Shown: positions 50,798 to 62,792, numbered from the stretch's first letter. The stretch is 64,000 nucleotides of DNA from an uncultured Hormoscilla sp. (GCA_963921275.4 OZ001293.3:3232001-3296000), one strand, 5' to 3'. Notes: generated by a model from the letters alone, not told the origin. A program made the numbers and translations.

Positions 50798-51142
50798 CGC
50801 TATGGCGCAAAGGAGTTGCCAAAAATCCGCAGTCGATGTGCGACCTGTATCACTTGACAAGCATGCAGACGATATTATCTCATGCTTGTCAAGTGATACA
50901 GCCGGGCAGTACGAGTAGGACATCGAAGGCGATCTCATCTTTGAGTTTACCACTCAGTTGAGGCGGGTTTGACATCACCGATATAAACAAATAAAGTTGC
51001 ATGTTTACGGGAGAATATTTGACATAACGGGTAGTGGAGGGTGGGCACCGCCCACCCTACGTTCGATATAATCTTTCCCAACCCACAGCAGCTTCACGCA
51101 GGTGGGAGGGACCGCATAGTATTGTTCCGGTTGTAGAATCAA

Positions 51143-53815
51143 TTACTCATCCTCTATCTCCTCATTCTCCATTAACAAGACATACTCCTCAATTTGCTTT
51201 GCCAAGTGAAGAGGTAAGGGAAGTTTGAGTGCTTCGTCATATTGGAGTGCAATATGTCGCAGTTTATGTGTCAGCGCTGCCCAGGGAAATACCTCATCTC
51301 TAGGTTGAAGACAGGCAACAGTTATTTCAAATAAACCAGGATTCCAGTAATATTTATGAGGTGATTTATTCTCTCCTGCTTTCGATTGATTAGGGCTGAG
51401 ATCCCTAAACTTCTTCGACTTTTGGTAAGTGCTAGCAAACACTCGATCGCCCATTTGAAAAACGCCCTCGGCAAACCCCTGTTGATTCCGATCCGGTTTT
51501 TGGGCATACCACTCTGGTGTTTCGTTACTCTGACTATCGCGAAGGCGCAAGATCCGAAGTCCTTTCAGGCGATTAATGTTGAGTGACCTTCCGTTGTTGC
51601 CAAAAGCCACAGTTTCGGTTGATATCTGTCCGTTGTTCAGCCAGGACCAAGTGCTTCGCAGGTTCTGAGCATGGCAGAGCAAGAGAGTGTCTCCCAGTGG
51701 CAAAACGTCACCCTTCAGTTTCTGCTCGATGAAGGACATAGCTTGTCCTTTACGATCGACTCCTTCTCGGGCAATTTTCAGCAGCGCCTCTCGATAAGGC
51801 AGCCAACTATCAAAACCAGGCGCGATCGCCTTTATTTCCGTGGTGTCCGATGCCATGTAAACCATCACTGGCACTCGCTGAGTAGTGCCATCTGCACTGG
51901 TTGGCGCATTCTGTTTAATTAACCACAAACCAACGTAGTTGAGCCGTTCTGGCAATTTGAGCTGCTTAGTATTTTTCTTTCTATCTTCTGTAAGAACTAT
52001 CTTTGGAGGCCCGACCTGTACTCCCATCTGACGCAGAAGATCGAGGAATCCAGTGATGGAACTATGGGACAGATTGGGATTATCAACGCTCATAAATTGC
52101 GTTATGCGTCCGGCGATGGCAAATCCCCGCCTGAGAGCGTTGTAGGGATCGCGATCGCTCTTAAAATTCTCCTTGCCTGCGATTTCGATCAAGGCTACAG
52201 TTACAGATGATGCTTGGGGAACTTTTTCTGCTATTTCTTTACCGCGCTGAATAATTGCCTGTTGTCGTCTGTCCCTTCTATTTCCCATATCGGAGTTAAG
52301 TTGCAACTCATCACCAAGAGCACCCAATGGCTGCGCCTGTATATTCAGGGTAAATTCCAGGTCGGGAAATTTGTAGGGAAATGAGGCGGATGCTGGAATT
52401 CCCAGACAATGACTGACAGATTTTATCAAAGTATCGCGTGTTGTCTCCCGTTGATACCAGATTTCTATTGTTAGGCGGCGATCGCTGACTGCTTCACTTA
52501 TGCTGACTGCTTCACTTATAGCGCCGCTAAGGACAGATTGAGTTTGTTGCAGCGTCTCCATCTTGGCTTCTGCTAGTTCTTCACCATCTTTTGCAGGTCT
52601 CGGCAACTCTGGAGATTGCGGGATAGAAGCAACATGAAACTTAACCCTCTGAGGCATTTCTACGAATTCCCACTCTGGTGCTATCAGGTTTGCTATCTGT
52701 TCGGCAAGCAGGCGACGGTCTGCTGGTGAAAAACCGGCATCAACCCGATGATCGGGTTTTATGCCATTTCGGAAAACCACCGCTTCGTTAGGACTGCCAT
52801 TCAGGTTTAGTGCTGAGGTCGGATATGCCACGATCTCCTCGGGAGTAGGAAAGGGCTGTTGAAGGTTCAACCTGTCTAATAAGGGTACTAAATTGCTGCC
52901 CCAATTTAGGCGGTACTGCGACTTATTTTGTTGCTGTTCCGATGCTGACAAGCGCTTCCATCCGATCGGCGCTACTTGAAAACTGTTTGAATTGTGCAGT
53001 TCCTCAAGCCAAGGAACTTTAGTGAGTAGATAAACACTGGTTTCTTCGCCACCAGGAATACTACTTTTTGGCTGACTAACCCAGCGCCGCAGACTCAGGT
53101 CGCAGTGGAGTACCGGGAAACTTTGGAAAGGCACTGTCTGAAGAGTAAAAGTAATCACAACAGACCAGTACCAACTGCTACGCTTGTCAGCATAATCGAG
53201 TGGCGGCCAAGAGACCAGTTCAGCCCCCTTGCTGCCAATAGGCAGCGGTGCGCGTCGAAAGCGGAGAAGATCCGAACCAAATTCAATCGATATGTTGTCT
53301 TGACTCAACTTGGCTGCCAAAACGTGGGGCAGCAAGATAAAGTTATTATTGCCTCTCAGTTCTGCCGTGCCGTTAGCTGCTGTCGTCCAGGTCCCTACAT
53401 TCACTGTCGTTGCTTCCCACTGCAAATCCTCTTTTGGCAGCTTTTTCAGCAAAGCGGTAATTTGCTTCTCAGAAGCCTTCCCATCAAATTGCGTTCTTAC
53501 CCAAGCATTGAAAATTAAATACAGCGCCTGTATATTGATAGGCATTGCACTGTACAGCCAAGGTTGCACCTTACTTTTAGCGGCGTTAGGAGTAATGTAG
53601 ATCAGGTCTGGCACCAGTGCCCGGAGGGCTTTGTTCAGCGAACTTATCGGCACGTTAGTTTTATCTACGGGACGGCGCGTAATCTCTGCCTGTAAATTCC
53701 TTAGCTCTGATTTCCATTTTTCAGGAAACTTGAGAATCTGAAAAGTCTGCGGTTTCAGAGGTTTGCCCTCTGGCAGACGAAAGGAAAGAGTCCGTAATTG
53801 GTCATAGATCGGCAT
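51143..53815 (-). CDS. pPIWI-RE module PIWI-like protein (pPIWI_RE_X, MID, RNase H-like)
   Basis: ISSLNKALRALVPDL, TLQTVP, LRRW, GRITQF, LRLR..ETPEW, LPLPLHLAK; last gene of a REase-helicase operon. Confidence 0.85.
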   Translation of the reverse strand: MPIYDQLRTLSFRLPEGKPLKPQTFQILKFPEKWKSELRNLQAEITRRPVDKTNVPISSLNKALRALVPDLIYITPNAAKSKVQPWLYSAMPINIQALYLIFNAWVRTQFDGKASEKQITALLKKLPKEDLQWEATTVNVGTWTTAANGTAELRGNNNFILLPHVLAAKLSQDNISIEFGSDLLRFRRAPLPIGSKGAELVSWPPLDYADKRSSWYWSVVITFTLQTVPFQSFPVLHCDLSLRRWVSQPKSSIPGGEETSVYLLTKVPWLEELHNSNSFQVAPIGWKRLSASEQQQNKSQYRLNWGSNLVPLLDRLNLQQPFPTPEEIVAYPTSALNLNGSPNEAVVFRNGIKPDHRVDAGFSPADRRLLAEQIANLIAPEWEFVEMPQRVKFHVASIPQSPELPRPAKDGEELAEAKMETLQQTQSVLSGAISEAVSISEAVSDRRLTIEIWYQRETTRDTLIKSVSHCLGIPASASFPYKFPDLEFTLNIQAQPLGALGDELQLNSDMGNRRDRRQQAIIQRGKEIAEKVPQASSVTVALIEIAGKENFKSDRDPYNALRRGFAIAGRITQFMSVDNPNLSHSSITGFLDLLRQMGVQVGPPKIVLTEDRKKNTKQLKLPERLNYVGLWLIKQNAPTSADGTTQRVPVMVYMASDTTEIKAIAPGFDSWLPYREALLKIAREGVDRKGQAMSFIEQKLKGDVLPLGDTLLLCHAQNLRSTWSWLNNGQISTETVAFGNNGRSLNINRLKGLRILRLRDSQSNETPEWYAQKPDRNQQGFAEGVFQMGDRVFASTYQKSKKFRDLSPNQSKAGENKSPHKYYWNPGLFEITVACLQPRDEVFPWAALTHKLRHIALQYDEALKLPLPLHLAKQIEEYVLLMENEEIEDE

Positions 53816-56800
53816 TTATGCCTCCTATCTTTTCAATAGCTGTATAAAATGGTCCATAGAGTGCCTGCACCAGTTCCCGTTCTCGGGGCGCGATTTCCCT
53901 CTCAGAATCGGTGGCAAAATAAGGACGCAACACTTCTTTGATGCTGACTAACAGACTGGTTATTGGTTCGTCGCCTATATCGTCATTGAATGCAGTGCGC
54001 CGAGCAAAAGCAGCATCGCAGAAAAAGACTTCCGCTTGACAGCCACCCCTTATCAGACGCCAGATCGCCTGCCAGATGGAAACCAACTGATTCCATGTTA
54101 CAGCTTCTCGATCGTTTTCGCGCAGACTGCTGTAAATCATTGGCAAACTCATGAGATGACGCCAGCGAACGTAAGCCTCTTTACGGAATGTATTCCCAAC
54201 TCGATCGAGTGTTAGCAAACCATCCTGCTGTATATCCTGGGTAGTGCTAGTGCTAATATCGCTCTGTTGGGATACAGCACATTGAGCGGTCAGCCATTCG
54301 GTGTCGGCGTAATGTTCGATCGCCCAACGATTGATAGAATGAAGGGCATAGCTGATATCATCGGGACGGGGATGGGGACGCACGAGAAAATAAGCCGCGC
54401 CAATGGCAGCTTTATCCTCATCATTGAGAATATTATGTCCGCGCTCGATCGCCATCAAGGGTGCAATCAAAATCCAAGCACCCGTCTTGTCAAACTGATG
54501 TACGAGTCCCCGTTGTATCCCTCGCTCTCCAGTTCCCCCCTTACTCCATTGCGTACCAAACTCATCATCATCGCGAACCAGACGCAGAACTTGTCCGCGC
54601 CACTCAGATCGAATGTTTTCCAGATGTGTTTGGGCCAGTTTCGCCTGATCGTAACTACCTACAAGCAATAGAATGCGCTGACGCCCAACTTCTAGTTCAT
54701 CTCGTTTTCGCTCTAGTCTACTCGGACCGCCTAAACCGCCTGGTTTTGCCAATTGATTGAGCAGTTCTTTGAGTGCCCCTTCTCGGTCGTGGCTGCCAGA
54801 AACAGTAATTGGTTTGTTCTCTCGATCGTAAAATGGACTGAATTCAAAGTAGCTTTCTTGAATTGCCTGTAATTCTTCCTCGGGCGATCGCAGCACTCCC
54901 GCCACTGGTACCTGTACGTGATATCCCGGTGCTTTTCCTGCCCAACTTGTTCCTGAAAGCAACAAGACTGATGGTCCGGCAATGCCATCGCTGGCAAATA
55001 GTTCGTGCAGGTGCAGTAAGAACCAGCGTCCCACACCCATGCACTTGAAAAACCGCAAATCTCCCGGTCCGCTGTCGCTGGAACTGACATATTGGAAAGC
55101 TAGCACGTTACCCATCGGAGCCACGGGAATCACTCCTTCATAGTCTCTGGGCGGACTGTAGAATAACATCGAACTTTGCTCTTGTAACTTCAGAGGCTCT
55201 TCCACATGTTTCCAGTCCCGCAACATCCGGTAAAGTCGGTTTTGCAGCACTGCCACTAAGAGGGCAAATGGAGTTTGCACTATAGCATGTTCTCGTCGTT
55301 CTTCTGTCAAGGTGACATCAGGCTCTTTATTCTCATCGATCCATTCACCCAGGCGCAGGCGCAGCAGATCATCATCTATAACCGCGATCGCGAGCCGAGT
55401 CAGTTCGCACAGAGGGTTGTTGCTGCGATCGCCGAGGGGATCTCCGATGTAATTATTAAATTCTTCCATCAGTCGGCGATAGCCTTGATGCTTGTCGCGT
55501 GTCTTCTCGCGAGCGCCAGAAAGAGCGATCGCCAACTTGTCTAGAATTAGCCAGTCTGTAAAGTATTCTCTCCGATCGATCCACTCCCTGAGCGCTGGTT
55601 GTGGTTGACTCAGGATGAGGGCATAGATGCGACTCGTTGCCGTCTGCACCATGTCATGGGCTTTGCACCAGCGATCGACATCCGGATCGACCAATTGTCC
55701 GCGTCCCCCTTGATTTAGCTGCTGCACCACTGGTTGCTGAACTTGACTAAACCATCCATCCCCTTTCTGACCGAATAGCTTTTCCCCGGGACTGAACAAA
55801 CTGTCGAGTTGCACTTGCACTTGGTCGGCTTCATCAACAATGACCAAGTCGCTGCGACGATACACTAACTCGGAAAAACGAATGCTTTCCTGGTTTATTT
55901 GTGGCGCGACGCGACTGTAAACTAAGCTAGCTGGCGTAGCAATCCAAATTTTGGCATCCACTAAGTCCCGCTGTACCTGATGAAACGGGCAAGCACTATA
56001 GAGAGGACAAGCATAGGTTTTACTTGTATCTGGTTGTTCTTGTTCTTCATCATCTGATTCACTGGTGGGAGAGAGTGCCAGACAAGGCTGTTTGCCCGTT
56101 AAGAAAGGTTTTGCCACATCCCGACGCAGTTCGCTTAAAGGACAAGCGGTACTCAGCCACCGGAAACCGACGTGTTCTTGATTGAATTTTTCTAAGGGAT
56201 GTTCGGCATTCCAGGCACGGTGCAAGCGGTTAGTATGGCGATCGCGGTTGGATGCACCCAACATGGGAGCAACGGAGATCCCTAAGCGATCGAATAGTCG
56301 AGCGCGGTTCAGGGCCGAGATCACGTCTCCGACGACGATCGTTACGTGGAGTTCCTGTTTAGCAGCCCAAACTGCCAAGATATCCATTAAAGTTGATTTC
56401 CCTGAAGACACCATCCCGATCAGGTGCATCAACCCATTAAATGTTAGCTTCTCAGCACGAGTGAGGGTGTCATCGGAACCAAACAGGTCTAGGCGTACCC
56501 TGGATAGACGTTCTTTCCAGTTACCGTCAGACTGAGTATCCATCCACCGAGCAGTCTCCAGCAAATCTTCCCAAGTAACAGTAATTGTCTGTCTTTGATT
56601 AATCCCCGTCAAGTCGTGACCAGACGGTGGCGGAAATACCAACTCCTCAGCCAGATCGACAGTGACTCGATATTTGCCATCGCTACACTCGTACTTACCA
56701 GCAGTAGCCCATTTAACCGAGTTTTTCCGATGGGGTAGAGGTTCTTCAAGAGTCTTCCCGTGGATGGGGTCGAGCCGGGAATCGCTTCCCGACCCTCCCT

Positions 56801-58032
56801 TGAGGAACCGGACTTGCGATTTTCACCGCATCCGGCTACTGGGTACTAGGCCCTTTTCATAGGTAGACTTAATAGGAATTACTTCCGTTAGCCCTTGCCG
56901 CCTGTCTTTTCTTCCCTTTCCTGGTTTAGCGAGTGGTTGTTCTGATAACCGTTAGTATCACCATTTTCAAGTCAGTTTTACCAGTTATCCATACCTTATC
57001 CTCCACTTGCGTTTCGGATTAGTTCCGTGGCTTTTTAGGATTACTCATTCCAGCAGCTTCCTAGTATCACCGACCCACGTCAGCGCTGGCTACCCAGCAT
57101 CATCTACATTACTGTAGATGTTATCCCAGGAATTACCCCGGGCATTCGCTTCTTGGGCCATCCCTCCCCCCGTGGCTTGCGCTTAACATCTAACTTGTCC
57201 TGATGGACAGCACACGAGAGGTTACTTCGTTCCCTAACAACATTTCGCGATACCTTTAGGTCCACACTATACCCCGGGAGCTATTTGAGTACTATATTAG
57301 CCAGAGTCTAAAACTAATACTAGCTACCATTTCCTTTTTAGGCCAGCGCATATAGCCTTATTTCGCTGGTTCCTTATAACGAGGCTTGCACATGTTTGCC
57401 TGCTCTAACCTTGGATATCTTTCCTAGCGGCGTCACCGGCTTAGGCTGCCAGTTATCCTACATTTGAGTCCTCGCTTAGCACCACGATGATGTCGCTTCG
57501 TAGCACCGAGGACCGGTGTCACCCCCGTACCTGGGGGGAGGGGAATTTAACCCCCATGCGGTCAGAGTTCCCGGCTAATGAAACCGGGCTAGCGTTCCGT
57601 GTTTGACCACGTTAGGCTAGAACGAATCGCACCGACTCGATCGCGGTTAGAACAAATGCTGACTTCCCGGGACGAAAACGGTTCTAGGTTCTCGTCTACA
57701 TTGAAACCTCGCAGAATCTCGTCTACTTGGCGATAGCGCTGCAACGATCGCTCCCAATTGTATTTGCTTCTAAATTGGGTGAGAATATGGCGGGCATTAC
57801 CTAGCATCCGATGTTGTTTTTCACTCCAGTTTGCTGCTGACGCCACGGGAAACGGATAGCCCGTCAGCAACACCCATAGGGCAATGGCCGGGGCATCCGA
57901 GTCCAACTGAGACAAGAGATAAAGCCCCAACTCAATATCACAAAATGTGGAAAAATTCAAATCCGTTGCTGTTTGCTTCAGGCGATCGCGTATTGCTTTC
58001 AGTTTCTCTCGCCATTTACTTGTATCGCGCAT
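53802..58032 (-). CDS. pPIWI-RE DinG-like SF2 helicase (pPIWI_RE_Z), join complement(57633..58032,53802..56761), 1119 aa
   Basis: MRDTSKW start, GMVSSGKST, VDEAD, Cys cluster, LSGTSW, ERGHNILN; junction GTC G|AC GGG is open into the 946-aa ORF. Confidence 0.85.
56762..57632 (-). mobile_element. ORF-less group II intron F, copy 3 (871 nt), sense to the helicase
   Basis: Near-identical to the other F copies. Confidence 0.92.
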
Positions 58033-58281
58033 TTACTTCTTTCTCCCTAGAACGTCGGTACTGATAACCGGGTTTCTGCGAATGGTTCTAACCCAAGCAA
58101 TACTATCTTGCATTTCTAGGCGATCGCGCCACATCCCTACAAACGCTGAATTTTCTAAATTTAACGGTTTTGGTGCTTGTTCGTAGCGTTCCTTGAGAGT
58201 AGCCACAAAATCTAAAACCCGTTGTCGATCTGTTTCAGAAAGGGTGATAAAGTCACTTGTTAAGCGTTCAATATCAAGCAT
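58033..58281 (-). CDS. Small DUF2281-like (antitoxin-like) protein
   Basis: QRVLDFVATLK..FVGMWRDR..DSIAWV. Confidence 0.5.
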   Translation of the reverse strand: MLDIERLTSDFITLSETDRQRVLDFVATLKERYEQAPKPLNLENSAFVGMWRDRLEMQDSIAWVRTIRRNPVISTDVLGRKK

Positions 58282-58450
58282 AAATTTCTCCTTTTTTATG
58301 AAAATTGGGTTCTGACTAACCGCCAAAATCTGCACGACACTCACATGGGATTGGTCGCCATCGCCTGTAGTAACCTTTGAAAACATACTATTTCAGTAAA
58401 CAAACTTTTACTACTCAATTCCAGAAGTCCCGAAGTTTCTAGCTTCTACT

Positions 58451-58888
58451 TTACGGACGATCTAGCTTGCGTTTTACATCTTCAATTAACTCCTTCTCAA
58501 ACTTGGCCTTAATCTGCTTGGGAAGCCCTGTATGGTTGCAAAATGCTCGTTTATAATCGGAACGTTGTTGCTGGCGATCGTCTGGGAAGACGAAGTAACC
58601 TTGCTTCCAAGGTGGGTCGCTGGGAATCAGCGGATCTTGCTGCTTAACTTTCCGTGCCAACAAGAAAGGATCTTTCCAATCTTTAACATCGATCGCCCAT
58701 GCCTCGCCGTCTGGGAAAACAATTCGCAGATCGTAGCTGTCAAAATTAGGCCATAGTTCCACTTGCAGTTCCAACTTTTCCAGTTTATCAGCCAATCGGA
58801 GTTCGGCGCGACCGGGTGCCGCTACAAACCGCCGTGGTCCTCGCTTCAACCAAAGCACTCCCTCTTTTTGGGGAACCTGACGCCACTG
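58451..58888 (-). pseudogene. pPIWI-RE-associated REase domain, N-terminally truncated
   Basis: PGRAELRL, LWPNFDSYDL, WAIDVKDW, VFPD; no upstream ORF continuation. Confidence 0.8.
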
Positions 58889-59257
58889 GCAATTAGATGT
58901 AAAGTCAACTCGTCGAACGATAGCGCTGGTTCATTGTAGCTAGCAGTCATTCCACCTCCCGGTATTTATGCAGAATCCACGTACATCTACTATAGCTCGA
59001 CTTGAATAAAAAGTCAACTCTCAATTTCTTCTACCCCAGGACTTACACTCGCTCCCTGTGTCTCGCAGGGAACGAAACATCCCGAGGCTCTGCTCGTGTC
59101 CAGAGACACCCACCCTAATAGGGTGGGTGCTCTCGGACACGACCTCCAGAAATGAAAAATTTGCTCTGCCGACAGGATCTTATCGTGATTGAAGAGGCCA
59201 TTGATAGCCCGCTTCTAACCATGCTGGTCGATCCACGGAGGGTAGTTCAGGCCACGA

Positions 59258-59290
59258 GGGGTTAGGGGTTAGGGGTTAGGGGTTAGGGGT
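59258..59290 (+). repeat. (GGGGTTA)n heptamer tract
   Basis: 4.7 perfect units. Confidence 0.85.
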
Positions 59291-59310
59291 ATTGAGTAAG
59301 CTTGCAAAAA

Positions 59311-59541
59311 AAAATACTTTATGTGAAAAAAAATTGACTTATTTTTGGCAAAAATAAGCTTAATGTCAAAAATAATAAACTTATTTTAGCCAAAAATAAA
59401 TTTATTAAAAACAATAATAAACTTATTTTTTAACAAAATAAGTTTATTATAATTAATAATAAACTTATTTTCGGTCGTAATAAACTTATTTTCGGTCGTA
59501 ATAAACTTATTTTCGGTCGTAATCGACTTATTATCTGTCAA
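59311..59541. repeat. About eleven 21-bp tandem units with palindromic core AATAANNTTATT
   Basis: Unit starts every 21 bp from 59311 to 59521; three perfect AATAAACTTATTTTCGGTCGT. Confidence 0.85.
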
Positions 59542-59787
59542 CACCCCCAACACCCAACTTGCCTTGGCCAGAGTTGCGACATGCTATGTGGGGTTGTTCT
59601 GCAATAGTTTAACCATTTACTCGATTTTCTCTCCTGGGGCTTGGGGCCTTGGGTTTCGGGCTTAGGGCTTAGGGCCTAACCTAGCCTTGCTCGCCTTTCA
59701 CTACCTTAACCCATTTTCCTTCTGACTGTGAAGTGTTCTACCGAAAAATTTTTTGGGCTTTTTCAACATTACCACTATACTGCACAA

Positions 59788-60482
59788 ACTATAACGTTTG
59801 TCAAGTACCCCTGCTCCAGCTTTTTTGATGCCGAAAATCAAGCTTTTCGGTCGAATCGAAAGGGAATAGCTTGAGTATTGTTGCTCAGTCAAAAGACTAG
59901 ATTAGCGGTCGATGTCTGGTTTGCCGCCTGGTCTCCTGGGTAGTGCGAATAGCGCTCCCAGGAGACACGGCCTGTGTGCCGTAAGCGCTGCGCTGGGGGC
60001 GCAGCCATGTCCCCTGGGACAAGAGCACAACAGGAGATATCGAAACCGAACCCAAACCACCGGTACTCGCTCGCATTTGGTCGAGGCTTCGGGTATCCAC
60101 GAATCCTACAAGTCTGTAAACCTTTGCCTAGTCACCGGTGGACAGAAAAATCGCATTTTAGAGAAGCTTCAGGTATCCACAAATCCTACAAGTCTGTAAA
60201 CCTTTGCCTACTTACCTTCGCTGTATCCTGGGAGCTTGATGTCCCCCGGACGCACGGCGAAACCCGGGGGACATCATACTCGCACTACCCAGGATACAGC
60301 GGTGGTGTCTCTGGACACGAGTGGTTCGTTGTCTCGGATGCAGGGCATCGCCTCATAAGTAGATCGGGCTGGAGGAGCGTTACAATAGCCACAAGAGCGA
60401 TAAAATAAACCGCAACCCTTAGGCCCCCACTACTTACGGCGTCAAAAAAGCTGGAGCAGGGGTACTTGACAAACGTTATAGT
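59788..60482. mobile_element. ~700-bp element bounded by ~46-bp inverted repeats
   Basis: ACTATAACGTTTGTCAAGTACCCCTGCTCCAGCTTTTTTGA and its reverse complement at about 60442-60482; no transposase inside. Confidence 0.7.
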
Positions 60483-60582
60483 GGTAATAATATGTCATGG
60501 CGAGGTCTATTTCCTGTTTATCCAGGGTGTGATCGCTACCGGAGACTCCTTTAATACTTGCAGTTTCTGACATACTGAATTC

Positions 60583-61785
60583 TCAATTTAGTGGTAAGTC
60601 GTCGAACAGGCGCATAAACTTGCGATCGATATAATCTTTCCAAACCCACAGCAGCTTCGAGGGACCGCAACCCCAGTTCCCCCGAGAGGCGATCGCCCGT
60701 CCATCACCGGTGCCAATCAAACTCAAAATCTCCTGCTGAGGTCGATAGGGTTGTAGAGGTTTGGACAGCAACATCTGCTGCAAATTCTCAAACAATGGTT
60801 TTCCCTGACGGACTGCAAATACTCCCGCTTTCGGACGCTGATAATTCTTCATCGTGGCAATGTCCCCAGCGGCAAATACCTGCCCGTAAGAGACCGATTG
60901 CAGGGTATCTTCTACGAGGATAAAACCTGACGAGTCCGTTGTCAACCCCGATTCCCCCAACCAACTGGGTGCTGATGCTTGCGTTACCCAAAAAATGCGA
61001 TCGCACTCAACGGTCAAACCCGACTCGCACCGCACCCGTCCGGACTTGACTTCCGGGGTCTTCCGCGTGCTCTTGTCCTGAAGGACTCGGCCAGACACCG
61101 CGCAAACATTTTCCTGTAAGTGCAGTTGGATACCGCGCTGGAGCAGAATTTTCTCCAGGCGTTGGCGCACCCAGAGATTGTGAGAATTCATCAATTCCCT
61201 GCCCCGATGGAATAAATGAATCTTCACATTTTCTCTGCCGATAACTTTTCTCAGGCGTTGTTGCATTGTCAGCGCTAGTTCTACACCCCCGGCGCCACCA
61301 CCAACAATAGCAATAATTATGGGTTTTGTTCCTTCTGTGGTAACCTCAGATAGCAGTTGATTCCAAGCTTGCAAAAATTGCGGTACGGGTTTGGCGGCAA
61401 TAGCGTAGCGTGTATCTGCTGCACCAGGTACGGATATTTTTGCTGGCGTGCTGCCAATGTCAATGGATAATAAGTCAAAGGTTACTGCTGGGCGATCGGC
61501 ACAGAGGACCCGATGATTTTCTAAGTCTAAACCAATTGCCCGATCGATATAGATCTGGGCTTGAGCAAACTGACAAAGATGTGGCAAGTCAATGTGACAT
61601 TCATCGAAATTATAAAAGCCTGCCACGTGACCCGGAAGCATGCCAGAATAGGGGGTATGGGAACGGTCCGTTATCAGGGTGAGGTGTACCCCTGGTAATG
61701 GGTTGAGGCCAAAGAGGCGCAGGGCGATCGCGTGAGAGTGACCGCCACCAATTAGCACTAAATTCTTAGGGATAGATTGTTTCAT
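60583..61785 (-). CDS. FAD-dependent pyridine nucleotide-disulfide oxidoreductase (SelD-associated family)
   Basis: LIGGGHSH, PYSGMLPG, VGGGAGGVE, FAAGD, PKAGVFAVRQG. Confidence 0.88.
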   Translation of the reverse strand: MKQSIPKNLVLIGGGHSHAIALRLFGLNPLPGVHLTLITDRSHTPYSGMLPGHVAGFYNFDECHIDLPHLCQFAQAQIYIDRAIGLDLENHRVLCADRPAVTFDLLSIDIGSTPAKISVPGAADTRYAIAAKPVPQFLQAWNQLLSEVTTEGTKPIIIAIVGGGAGGVELALTMQQRLRKVIGRENVKIHLFHRGRELMNSHNLWVRQRLEKILLQRGIQLHLQENVCAVSGRVLQDKSTRKTPEVKSGRVRCESGLTVECDRIFWVTQASAPSWLGESGLTTDSSGFILVEDTLQSVSYGQVFAAGDIATMKNYQRPKAGVFAVRQGKPLFENLQQMLLSKPLQPYRPQQEILSLIGTGDGRAIASRGNWGCGPSKLLWVWKDYIDRKFMRLFDDLPLN

Positions 61786-61931
61786 AGATCGCTGGCACTG
61801 GTTCAGTTTGATTCCCTTGAGAGTAGACCACAATTTCATTTGCTACGGCAGTAGGAATCACTATAGTCCCTACCATCTTTTGTAGCAAAGATAGATGACC
61901 AATCTTGGCAAAAGCAATCAAAGGAGTGGTA

Positions 61932-62228
61932 TTACTGATCTTCACCTATGTCGCCTCGCAAATGAGCAATTCCCCTTAATTCTACCTCTAGTTCCGATTC
62001 ATCATAATCGAAAATCCCTATCCCTTTACTGGCTAAAATTTCCATAAATTCCAGGCGGTTAATTCCGGCCAATTCTGCCGCTTTTCCGAGAGATAGTTTT
62101 TTTTCTTGAAAATAAGCGATCGCTGCCAGCAGTTCGATCTGATGTTTTAACTCAGCGCTGTCTATTTTTAAGGCTGCCAGTAGATTAAGAGGAACTTCAA
62201 AAGTAATGGTTTCTGTCTTCATAGCCAA
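61932..62228 (-). CDS. UPF0175 family antitoxin-like protein, followed by a truncated PIN-like remnant (about 61860-61945)
   Basis: LSLGKAAELAG; downstream SNTTPLIAFAKIG. Confidence 0.75.
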   Translation of the reverse strand: MAMKTETITFEVPLNLLAALKIDSAELKHQIELLAAIAYFQEKKLSLGKAAELAGINRLEFMEILASKGIGIFDYDESELEVELRGIAHLRGDIGEDQ

Positions 62229-62450
62229 TCCCTGCTATCATCTAACAATCTTATCACACTTTCTCACCTATTGTCAACGATCGCCCCTGAGGGGAATCTC
62301 GATCGCCAGTCACCTCGGGCGCATCTCACTTTTGTAATCTAGCCCGCGCAGGCGGGCTTTGTTCGCGTAGCCGGGCCCTTTAGGGTTCGGGCGGCTAAGC
62401 AAATATGAGATGCACCCGTCACTTCCTCACCAAAAGCGACTATTTCTGCT

Positions 62451-62792
62451 TCAGCACCAGCAAAGTAATATCATCATATACTTTTTGCGCTCCCATATGC
62501 CGCCGTCCGACCGCTTCGATAAGACCATCTGTTGCAATTTTTGAGTCATCTCTAGTTCCGCACTCATGCGCATATTTTCCGCTTTGAGTCTCTCATTTAG
62601 TTTCGTAATTTTCTGGTTCGCTGCGGCCAATTGGGCCGTGGGATTGGCCACATTTTGTTCCAGAGTCTGGTAGAACTGGGCATAATCGCGATCGTTTTCA
62701 TCTATTTTCCCTTCTACTGCAATCCCCGGTCCCTTGACAGGTATGATCTGATAGGATATCATACTTGTCAAGGGACACAGAATAGTAATCAT
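62451..62792 (-). pseudogene. Fragment of a PP2C/SpoIIE-type regulator
   Basis: LNERLKAENMRMSAELEMTQKLQQM..DDITL-like end. Confidence 0.5.

Noticed and set aside
59258..59290. Telomere or eukaryotic contamination
   Set aside because: Short internal heptamer tract typical of cyanobacterial STRR-type repeats; the flanks are bacterial.
59311..59541. CRISPR array
   Set aside because: The 21-bp period leaves no unique spacers, and there are no cas genes in the window.
60083..60210. Mini-CRISPR (two repeats, 80-bp period)
   Set aside because: Only two imperfect ~48-bp copies, inside a TIR element, with no leader or cas genes.
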